DNA from: Tepidisphaera sp.
Lineage (GTDB): Bacteria; Planctomycetota; Phycisphaerae; Phycisphaerales; UBA1924
Length of the DNA: 64,000 nucleotides
Assembly (NCBI GenBank): GCA_050916045.1
Contig: CP051526.1
Span: 2,240,001-2,304,000 of the forward strand
Reading direction: 5' to 3'
Below the pieces are notes generated by a model. The model saw nothing but the letters and a program-made list of their open reading frames with translations, made no database searches and was not told the origin of the DNA. The position numbers and the translations under genes were made by a program. Positions 55,899 to 64,000 of this stretch are shown here, piece after piece. How positions within the stretch are numbered: position 1 is the first letter of the stretch; each line of letters begins with the position of its first letter.

Positions 55899-58800
55899 AT
55901 GTCGATGAAGCGTTCAACTCGGGTGCTGGCTGCGGCGATGGTTCTGGCTGCGGCGGGCTCGGCGGCGGATGTGTGGGCACAGGAGCAGGCACCGGCCGCG
56001 GGGGCACAACCGGCGACGCCGGCGGCTCCGGCTGCTGCGCCGGAGGCGGCGACACCCGCTCCGGCAGCCCAGCCGACAGCTTCTCCACAAGTTGCGGCGG
56101 CGGTGACGCAGCCGGGCGAAGTTCAACTGAACTTTAAAGACACGCCACTGGATCAGGTGCTTGATTTCTTCTCGCGGGAAGCTGGGCTTCCGGTGATCTT
56201 CGAGGCGCCGGTGCCGGCCGGAGCGCTGACGTTCCTCTCGCCGCAGAAGTACACGTTCGACGATGCGCTGACGATTCTGAATCTGAATCTGTCCACGCGG
56301 GGCCTCCAGCTGCGGCGGCAGGACAAGTTCCTGTATCTGTCGACGCTTGCGGAATCAGCGAAGAAGCCGGGGATGGTGGTAGGCACCCTTCCGGCGAACG
56401 CGCGGCCGGAAGAGATTCTGACGCTCGCGGTGCCGCTGAATCACGCGATCGCGGGGACGGTGGTGGAGCAGATCAAGCCGCTTCTGGGGCAGTTTGGCGT
56501 GGTGCTGGCGGTTCCGCAGCAGAACATCGTGCTGATCACGGACATGGCGGCGCAGGTAAAGCGGATCCGCGAGATCGTGGTCGCGATCGACCAGGTGAAG
56601 CCGGCGGACACGCAGTTCAAGCTTTTCACGCTCAAGCATGCGCAGGCGGACGTGATTTTCGGGACGCTGAAGGGGCTGCTTTCGACGCGGACGATCGAGA
56701 CGTTCATCACGGCGGACAACAAGCGGACGACCAAGCAGGATGAGACGCTGGGCGGGCTTCAGCTTCAGCCGGATCCGCGGACGAACTCGATCGTGGCGGT
56801 GGGGTCGGCGGCGAAGATCCAGCAGGTGGAGGACATGATCGCGCTGCTTGACGTGCCGGAGAGCGGCGAGGGGAGCGGCGGGACGCAGATGGTGACGATC
56901 GCGCTGTCGCAAGCGACGGCGGCGGACGCGGCGACGCGGGTGCGCGAGCTTTTCGCGACGGCGGCGGAGCCGAAGAAGCCGACGGTGATCGCGCTGCCGC
57001 AGGTGAACAAGATCACGATCATGGGGAGCGCGGAGCAGGTATCGAAAGCGACGACGCTTCTGGCGGCGCTGGACCCGGGCGTGGTGAACGAGGGCGGGAC
57101 GGTGCGTGCGGAGACGCGCGCGGCCATCGTGCGCCTGAGGTTCGGGAAAGCGGACGAGATCGCGCAGACGGTCAAGCGGCTGATGACGCCTCGACAGGCC
57201 GCGATGGTGAAGAGCGCGGCGACGCCGGACGCTCGCGGGCTGATCATCCACGGGCCGGCGGAAGACGTCGCGGTGGTCGAGACGCTGGTGGCTTCGCTGG
57301 ATGTGCCGGCGAACGCCGAGCGTGACATCGCGATCGTGAAGATCACCAAGGGGACGGTGGCGGACGTTGTGAAGCAGGCGGGGGCTCTTTACGCGCAGGT
57401 GGGCGGGACGGAAGCAGAGTCGGTAACGGTGAATGCGGATGAAGCGTCGCGGACGGTGCTCCTGATCGGGAGCAAGCCCGGGCTTGCGTTGTATACGAAG
57501 ATGCTTGAGACCGCGCAGGGGAACGTGAAGGTCGAGCGGGTCGGGAAGCTTGTGGATGTGACGAAAGCGACGCCGAGCGTGCTGGCGGAGCGGCTTGCCA
57601 AGTTCGTCAAGCCCTTGCTGATGACGGATGATGCGCAGCCGTTCGTGGAGCCTGTGTTCGAGCCGGTGGATGAGCTTCGCAAGCTGATGGTTCGGGCGGA
57701 AGCGTCGCAGATGGCGATCATCGAGGGCCTGGTCACGAAGCTTGACGTGCAGGACGGCGGGGCGCGGGACCTCAGGGTGTTCCCGGTGGTGAACGCGAAG
57801 GCGGGCGAGGTCGCGAAGCGCGCAATGGAGCTTTACACCGCGCAGAACGCGGGGAATCCGCTCGCCAAGCCGGTGGAGATCACGGCGGACGAGGCGAGCA
57901 ACACGCTCAGTATTCTGGCGGACGTGTCGGTGATGCCGGCGGTGACGAAGATCATCGATGAACTGGCGAAGCAGTCGGGGCCGGCCCGCGAGGTCAAGAT
58001 GCTGGAGCTTCGTCTGGCGAAAGCGGACGAGGTGGTGTCGTATCTGCAGGACATGGTGAAGGGGTCGGCGACGCTGAACATCAAGGGCGGGGCGAACCCG
58101 GTCTTTGAGGCGATCCCGGCGACCAACAGCGTGCTTGTGGGCGCGACGGGCCCGCAGATGATGATCATCGAGTCGCTGGTGAAGAATCTGGACGCGGGCA
58201 AGCAGGGTGAGCGGCCGCCGCTTCGGATTCTGAAGGTGACGACGAGCGACGCGGCGAACCTGGGGCAGGTGCTTCAGGCGTCGTACGCGCAGCGCCCTGC
58301 GGAAGAGCGCGGCAAGCGGCCGGTGGACATCCAAGTGGACATGGCGACGAACACGCTCCTGGTGTCGGCGCATCCCGAGGTCTATCCGGAGATCGAGAAG
58401 ATCGTCGGGGAGCTCAATGAGCAGCAGTCGATGGACAAGACGGGTCGGGAGATCAGGATCTTCCCGCTTCGCGTGGCGAGGGCGGAGGAGCTTGCGCTGA
58501 CGATCGACCAGATGTATCCCGAGCCGCCGATCCCGCGGGATCCGCGGACGAACCAGCCTCGGCCGGACCTCAAGCCGCCGCGTGAAGTCGTGGTTCGAGC
58601 GGACAAGGGGACCAACTCGCTGATCGTCGATGCACCCAGCAAGCGGTTGAGCGGGTTTGAGGAGATCGTCAAGCGTCTGGACATGGCTCAGGTGGCCGGC
58701 GACGCGGAGGTGCGGACGTACCGGATCGCGCGGGCGGACCTGGCGGCGCTGACGGCGACGCTTCGCGGCTTGGTGAGCGCGAACGCGCTGCCGGGGGTCG

Positions 58801-61800
58801 CTCCGACCACTCCCGTGACGGTGAGCGCGGAGCCGATGAGCCGGACGATCGTGGTGAGCGCGCCCAAGCAGGCGTTCGAGACGATCGAGCGGGTGGTGAA
58901 GGATGCGGACACGGAAGCGGCGGCTTCGCCGGGGATCGTTCGGATGTACGCGCTCAAGAACGCGCGAGTGGGGACGCTTCAGCCGCTGGTTGAACGTCTG
59001 CTGATGATCCGGGTGGCGGCGGATGCTCCGCAGGGTGCATCGCAGGCGGACCTGATGAAGCAGTTCGCGGTGGCGGCGGACCCGGCGACGAACACGGTGC
59101 TGATCTCGGGGTCGGACTCGGTCCAGAAGTCGGCCGAGTCGCTGATCACGCAGCTTGACCAGGCCGGGGCGGCGGGCGGAACGGCGGAGGTCGGGGTGTA
59201 CCGGCTTGAGACGGGGGATGCGACGAGCGTGGCGGCGAGCCTGAACACGGCTCTGGCGGCGGGGACGCTCCCCGGCGAGCCCAAGCCGAGCGTGACGGCG
59301 GAATCGGCGAGCAACACGGTCGTGATCGCGGCGAGCAAGCGCCAGCTCGACGAAGCGGCGAAGTTCGTCGAAACGATGGACAAGATGGCCAAGCCGGACA
59401 TGCTGTCCGTGCGGACGATCAACCTCAAGCACGCTCGAGCGGAAACCGTGCGTCCCGTGATCGAGAACGTGCTCACGCAGGAGAGCATGCTCGACATGCT
59501 CCCGCCTCAGCAGCGGATGCAGGTCATCTCGCGCGGCGGCATCAGCGCTCAGCCCAAGGTCCGCGTCGCGGCGGAGCCCAAGCTCAACGCGATCGTGGTC
59601 AGCGGTCCCAAGACGCTTATCGACCTCGCGGAGACGATGATCAAGGACCTGGACGTCGACCCGGCGACGAAAGCGGGCGAAGGGACGGCCAAGAGCGTGC
59701 GCGTGATCACGCTCAAGAACGCGGACGCGGCGGAACTGGCGAAGAGCCTGGAAGCCGTGTTCAAGGACGACTCGTCGTCGCAGCCCCCCACCATCCAGAT
59801 TGATACGTCGAGCAACGCGCTGATCGTGCGGGCGGATGCGAAGCAGATGGCGACGATCGACGAGGTCGTGTCGAAGATTGACGCAGCGACGCTGGCTTCC
59901 AATCGGCAGATGAAGGTGATCAGCGTCGACAAGAGCAAAGCGGACGCCAGCATGATCGCTGACACGCTGCAGCGGATGCTGAACAAGCAGGGCGGGGCAA
60001 AGGTCGAGGTCATCAGCGTCGAAGAACTGATCAAGCGTCAGCAGGAAAAGCCTGCGGATGGGAAGCCGGGGGCGCGGGCGGAGGGTCAGGGAGCGGTGGT
60101 CGCCTGGTCGGAAGAGGGCTTCACGCTCAAAGCTCAGAACTCGAATGGAACGGGCGGTTTGCGTCTTGGGTTCAGGCCGCTCAACTTCCGGTCCGAGGTG
60201 CTCGCGGCAGTCTTTGCGGCGTATCAGCCGGAGGCGGCGAAGCCGGAAACGCCAAAGCCGGCGGATGGCGATGCGGACGTCACGATCGCGGTCGACCCGA
60301 TCACGAACTCGGTGATGATCGTCGGGTCGCCGCGAACGACGGACCAGCTCGCGAAGCTTGCGCAGCAGCTTCAGGACCAGATGCCGGGGGATCCGGCGAC
60401 GGTGCGGGTGGTGACGCTTCCGGCGGGGGTGGATCAGCAGGCGCTGACCCAGCTTGTGAACCAGACGGTGACGCAGCTTGGGCGTCGGTCGGCGACGAAC
60501 ACGGGCGGGTTCACCGGTCCGGTATCGATTCTGCCGGACCCGACGGGGCAAGCGGTGATCGTGCTTGCGAACGCGACGGACTTTGAGACTGTGGCTTCGC
60601 TGATCGTGAGCGTGTCGCAGGTTTCGGCATCGTCGCAGCTGACGATCAAGGTGTATCCGCTTTCGAGCGTGTCGGCGCGGCAGGCGGAGGAAGCGATCCA
60701 GGACCTGCTCAGGCCGACGCCGGGCGGGGCTCAGGCACGGCGGGTGCGGTCGGCGGAGGTGACGGTCGTCGGTCCGGACGGGAAGACGACGGCGGCCAAG
60801 CTTGATGCTTCGCTGGTGCGGGTGTCGGCGGGTCCGGCCGGATCTTCGCTGATCGTGTCGGCCCCGGCGGAGGCGATCGCGATCCTGGATCGGTTCGTGT
60901 CTCTGATTGACCAGAGCCCGAGCGAAGGGCGGATGGCGATCCGCCGGTACGAGCTCAAGAACGCGAAAGCGGCGGAGCTCTCGCAGACGTTCCAGACCCT
61001 GTTTGACGCGCAGCGCGAGGGCGGCGCGGGGCAGGGGCCGCAGGCGCGATTTGTTTCGGATGAGCGTGGGAACGCGATCCTGGTGACGGCGAGCACGCCG
61101 CAGCACGACGAGGTGACTCGGCTTTTGGTGACGGCGGACGCGACGCTTGAGGACAAGAACCTGGAGCTTGCGATCATCCCGCTTCAGACGGCTTCGCCGG
61201 CGACGGTGCAGCGGATCGTGGAGCAGGTGATCATCGGGCGGGATCCGGCCAAGCGTGAGCGGGTGAGGATGTCGTCGGCGGAGGGGTCGAGCCTCTTTGC
61301 GGTGAGAGCGCCGAAGGAGGACATCGAGGAGATCAAGTCGCTGGTGGCGCGGATCGACCAGACGGAGGTCGGCGGCTTGCCGGTCAAGTCGATCAAACTC
61401 GAGCGGGCGGACGCGGAGACGGTCGCAAGCTCGATCACACAGTTCTACCAGACGCGGGCGCAAGTCTCGGCCAAGCCGGGACAGCGGACGAGCAACCGTG
61501 TCGCGATCATCGGCGAGCGGCGGACGGGGACGCTTGTGGTTGCGGCGAGCGATGAGGAGTTTGCGCAGATCGAGGGGCTGGCGAAGACGTTCGATGCGCC
61601 GGCTTCGACGGCGGACATGATCTTCAAGGTGATCCCGCTCAAGCACGCGCGGATCAGCGAGATCCAGACGACGGTGACGAGCCTGATCGACGAGTTCAAG
61701 TGGACCGGCTCGGCGACCGGACAGAATCGCGCGGACAGCGTCTTCATCCAGACCAACGACAGGACGAACGCGATCGTTGTGATGGGCAAGGAGGACATGA

Positions 61801-64000
61801 TCGCGACGGTCGAGCGGATCGTCTCGCAGCTTGACGTTCCGGAGGAGGGGCGGACGCAGCTCACGATCAAGTCCGTGGGCGTCGAGAAAGCGGACCTGCG
61901 GACGATCAAGACGGTGGTCGAACAGGCGTTGTCGACGCCGGGCTGGCGCTCATGGCGCGGGCCGGACCCTGAGGGCGTGCGTGTTGAGATCGATTCGGGC
62001 CGGAGGAGCCTGGTGCTCGTCGGCAAAGCCGAGCGCGTGGCGCAGGCGGTCGCGTACATCGAGGAGCTTGAGAAGGCTTCGGGTCGCGGCGACACGACGA
62101 TCACCTCGTTGGTGCTGAACAACGCTCGGGCGGACCGGGCGGCGTCGAGCCTGCGGCAGTTCTTCGCAGAGCGGGCGCGGGCGCAGGGCCTGCAGGAAAG
62201 CCCCGTCAGCGTGATGGGCTCGCCGGACGGAAACGTGCTGATCGTGTCGGCGGATGCGGCGAACCTGGCGACGATCAAGGAGCTTGTAACGCAGATCGAC
62301 GCGGACATCCTCGGGAAGGACCGCAAGACCGAGATCTACGTGCTTCAGAACACGACGGCGAGCGAAGCGAGCAACACGCTTCGGAGCATGTTCCCCAAGG
62401 CCGGCAACGAGGAAGAGCGGGTGGTGATCACGCCGCAAGCGACGCAGAACTCAATTCTTGTGTCGGCACCGATCGTGCAGTTCGAGCAGATCGCGGCCCT
62501 CGTGCGACAGCTTGACGCGGCTCCCAAGCCCGAGCAGGCGAACATCCAGACGGTGACCCTCTCGGCGGCCCGGGCTCAGGAGGTTGCGACGGCGCTCAAG
62601 ACGGCCCTGCCGCCGCAGATCAAGATCGGGATCACGGCGGTGCCGCGGAGCAACAGCCTGATGCTCACGGGGTCGCCCGAAGCGATCAAGCTCGCGGTCG
62701 AACAGATCGGCAAGCTGGACACGGAGAAGCCCAAGGCCCTCACGGTCTTCCGTCGGTTCCCGCTGGAGCACACGAGCAGCGACGATCTGTCGTACACGCT
62801 GCGGCAGATGCTCTCGGCGCGGCCGCGGGGCGACGGCGAGCCGACGGCGAGCGTGGACTATGACCGGGCGAGCAACACGCTGATGATCTCGGCTTCGGCG
62901 GACGCCATGCCCGAGGTCGAGAAGATGATCGCGTCGCTGGACGTCCCGCCCACGCGGCCGCGGAAGATGGACTTCATCAAGCTCGAGTACGCGAAAGCGG
63001 AGCAGACCGCCAAGGCGCTCGAGAACTTCTACGGGCGGTACGCGTTTGACGCGACGCCCGCGGCGAAGAACGTGACGATCATTCCCGACCCGGCGAGCAA
63101 CTCGCTGGTGATCTCGGCGGAAGAGACGCAGTGGGAAGGGATCCGCGGGCTTCTGAAGAAGCTCGATACGAAAGAATATGACACGGCGCAGCAGAGCACG
63201 GTGATCGCGCTGCAGCACGCGGACGCGGTGTCGGTGGCGAGAGCGATCAACGAGGGCCTGCGGGCGCCGCTCCAGGCCGAGTTCGAACGCGAGCGGATCC
63301 GCGCCGAGCGGGAAGCACGCGGGCAACGGTCGCGGGATCGCGAGGAATTCGCGTCTCCGAGCGTGCTGATTGACGCGAAGGACATCCCGACGGTCTCGGC
63401 GGAAGCCCAGACGAACAGCCTGGTGGTGTTCGCGGGCGCGAAGATGCTCGAACGGATCCAGGCTCTGGTCAAACAGCTTGACGTGCCGGCGCTGGCGAAC
63501 ATCAACGACATCCGGGTGGTGCCACTGAAAGCCGGCAAGCCGAGCGTGATCGCCGGGCAGATCCGGCAGCTGTTCCTGAATGACGGTCAGAATGAGCGAG
63601 ACAATCGCGTTCGCGGCGTGCTGATCGTCGGGGACGACACGGCGGGAGCGCTGATCGTGCGGGCTCCGGAGGACAAGTTCGCACAGATCAAGGCGCTTGC
63701 GGACAGCTTGCAGACCGCGGTTGACGCGGGACGCGTGCTGCCGCACGTCTACAAGCTCGTGAATGTGCCCGCGGCGCGGCTGGCGCCGACGCTTCAGCGG
63801 ACGTTCGCACCCATCGCGTCGCAGCTTGGCGAGACGATCGGCGTCGAGGTGGACCGAGGGAGCAACGCGCTGGTGATCGCGTGCAGCGAGCGGCTGAAGA
63901 TTGAGATCGAGAAGACGATCCGCGAGCTTGACGTCAACGCCTTCGGTCAGACGGCGGTGCCCGGCGCGAACAAGCTCGGCCAGAGCGTGCTCGTGGTTGA
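55899..64000 (+). CDS. Giant secretin-like protein (GspD N0 plus about 31 tandem Secretin_N domains), 3'-partial
   Basis: Missing from the ORF track because no stop lies in the window. MSMKRSTRVLAAAMVLAAAGSAADVWA-Q signal peptide, N0 VQLNFKDTPLDQVLDFF, then repeated L..A.A..D..TNSL.V..I..LD units to the window end. Confidence 0.88.
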   Translation, partial: MSMKRSTRVLAAAMVLAAAGSAADVWAQEQAPAAGAQPATPAAPAAAPEAATPAPAAQPTASPQVAAAVTQPGEVQLNFKDTPLDQVLDFFSREAGLPVIFEAPVPAGALTFLSPQKYTFDDALTILNLNLSTRGLQLRRQDKFLYLSTLAESAKKPGMVVGTLPANARPEEILTLAVPLNHAIAGTVVEQIKPLLGQFGVVLAVPQQNIVLITDMAAQVKRIREIVVAIDQVKPADTQFKLFTLKHAQADVIFGTLKGLLSTRTIETFITADNKRTTKQDETLGGLQLQPDPRTNSIVAVGSAAKIQQVEDMIALLDVPESGEGSGGTQMVTIALSQATAADAATRVRELFATAAEPKKPTVIALPQVNKITIMGSAEQVSKATTLLAALDPGVVNEGGTVRAETRAAIVRLRFGKADEIAQTVKRLMTPRQAAMVKSAATPDARGLIIHGPAEDVAVVETLVASLDVPANAERDIAIVKITKGTVADVVKQAGALYAQVGGTEAESVTVNADEASRTVLLIGSKPGLALYTKMLETAQGNVKVERVGKLVDVTKATPSVLAERLAKFVKPLLMTDDAQPFVEPVFEPVDELRKLMVRAEASQMAIIEGLVTKLDVQDGGARDLRVFPVVNAKAGEVAKRAMELYTAQNAGNPLAKPVEITADEASNTLSILADVSVMPAVTKIIDELAKQSGPAREVKMLELRLAKADEVVSYLQDMVKGSATLNIKGGANPVFEAIPATNSVLVGATGPQMMIIESLVKNLDAGKQGERPPLRILKVTTSDAANLGQVLQASYAQRPAEERGKRPVDIQVDMATNTLLVSAHPEVYPEIEKIVGELNEQQSMDKTGREIRIFPLRVARAEELALTIDQMYPEPPIPRDPRTNQPRPDLKPPREVVVRADKGTNSLIVDAPSKRLSGFEEIVKRLDMAQVAGDAEVRTYRIARADLAALTATLRGLVSANALPGVAPTTPVTVSAEPMSRTIVVSAPKQAFETIERVVKDADTEAAASPGIVRMYALKNARVGTLQPLVERLLMIRVAADAPQGASQADLMKQFAVAADPATNTVLISGSDSVQKSAESLITQLDQAGAAGGTAEVGVYRLETGDATSVAASLNTALAAGTLPGEPKPSVTAESASNTVVIAASKRQLDEAAKFVETMDKMAKPDMLSVRTINLKHARAETVRPVIENVLTQESMLDMLPPQQRMQVISRGGISAQPKVRVAAEPKLNAIVVSGPKTLIDLAETMIKDLDVDPATKAGEGTAKSVRVITLKNADAAELAKSLEAVFKDDSSSQPPTIQIDTSSNALIVRADAKQMATIDEVVSKIDAATLASNRQMKVISVDKSKADASMIADTLQRMLNKQGGAKVEVISVEELIKRQQEKPADGKPGARAEGQGAVVAWSEEGFTLKAQNSNGTGGLRLGFRPLNFRSEVLAAVFAAYQPEAAKPETPKPADGDADVTIAVDPITNSVMIVGSPRTTDQLAKLAQQLQDQMPGDPATVRVVTLPAGVDQQALTQLVNQTVTQLGRRSATNTGGFTGPVSILPDPTGQAVIVLANATDFETVASLIVSVSQVSASSQLTIKVYPLSSVSARQAEEAIQDLLRPTPGGAQARRVRSAEVTVVGPDGKTTAAKLDASLVRVSAGPAGSSLIVSAPAEAIAILDRFVSLIDQSPSEGRMAIRRYELKNAKAAELSQTFQTLFDAQREGGAGQGPQARFVSDERGNAILVTASTPQHDEVTRLLVTADATLEDKNLELAIIPLQTASPATVQRIVEQVIIGRDPAKRERVRMSSAEGSSLFAVRAPKEDIEEIKSLVARIDQTEVGGLPVKSIKLERADAETVASSITQFYQTRAQVSAKPGQRTSNRVAIIGERRTGTLVVAASDEEFAQIEGLAKTFDAPASTADMIFKVIPLKHARISEIQTTVTSLIDEFKWTGSATGQNRADSVFIQTNDRTNAIVVMGKEDMIATVERIVSQLDVPEEGRTQLTIKSVGVEKADLRTIKTVVEQALSTPGWRSWRGPDPEGVRVEIDSGRRSLVLVGKAERVAQAVAYIEELEKASGRGDTTITSLVLNNARADRAASSLRQFFAERARAQGLQESPVSVMGSPDGNVLIVSADAANLATIKELVTQIDADILGKDRKTEIYVLQNTTASEASNTLRSMFPKAGNEEERVVITPQATQNSILVSAPIVQFEQIAALVRQLDAAPKPEQANIQTVTLSAARAQEVATALKTALPPQIKIGITAVPRSNSLMLTGSPEAIKLAVEQIGKLDTEKPKALTVFRRFPLEHTSSDDLSYTLRQMLSARPRGDGEPTASVDYDRASNTLMISASADAMPEVEKMIASLDVPPTRPRKMDFIKLEYAKAEQTAKALENFYGRYAFDATPAAKNVTIIPDPASNSLVISAEETQWEGIRGLLKKLDTKEYDTAQQSTVIALQHADAVSVARAINEGLRAPLQAEFERERIRAEREARGQRSRDREEFASPSVLIDAKDIPTVSAEAQTNSLVVFAGAKMLERIQALVKQLDVPALANINDIRVVPLKAGKPSVIAGQIRQLFLNDGQNERDNRVRGVLIVGDDTAGALIVRAPEDKFAQIKALADSLQTAVDAGRVLPHVYKLVNVPAARLAPTLQRTFAPIASQLGETIGVEVDRGSNALVIACSERLKIEIEKTIRELDVNAFGQTAVPGANKLGQSVLVV

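Noticed and set aside
56355..61646. 1763-aa minus-strand ORF
   Set aside because: Antisense shadow of the secretin-like gene

Overview
High-GC bacterial chromosomal window. The gene families (CxxCGYDL..CPECG zinc-ribbon membrane proteins, Ser/Thr kinase-TPR, giant secretin, many palindromic repeats) suggest Planctomycetota, probably Phycisphaerae; this is an inference. The left arm is C-rich on + and carries a kinase-STAS-GspE/PilB operon, yhaM, LOG, queD, TolC, a degenerate GH35, an HD hydrolase-folP pair, trxA, hrpA, a Ser/Thr kinase, lutABC, a hybrid sensor kinase and icd. After icd comes a lower-GC DUF262+HEPN pair and an unusual tRNA with a UAU anticodon. The right arm is G-rich on + and carries a type II secretion cluster (gspF, G, H, I, J, K, L/M-like) that ends in a secretin-like ORF of more than 2700 aa with about 31 tandem N-domains, running off the window and absent from the ORF track. 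The best candidate for an undescribed system is a pair of paralogous stand-alone genes (25870-26571 and 45469-46215; helical N-terminus plus Fn3-like beta domain). Each has its own terminator and a degenerate 21-bp-period tandem array upstream on its own strand, and the second sits with a methyltransferase-endonuclease fusion between gspF and gspG. Other notable items are palindromic repeats inserted in frame in hrpA and a strand-skew inversion near 39-41 kb. All calls are by eye; no searches were run.
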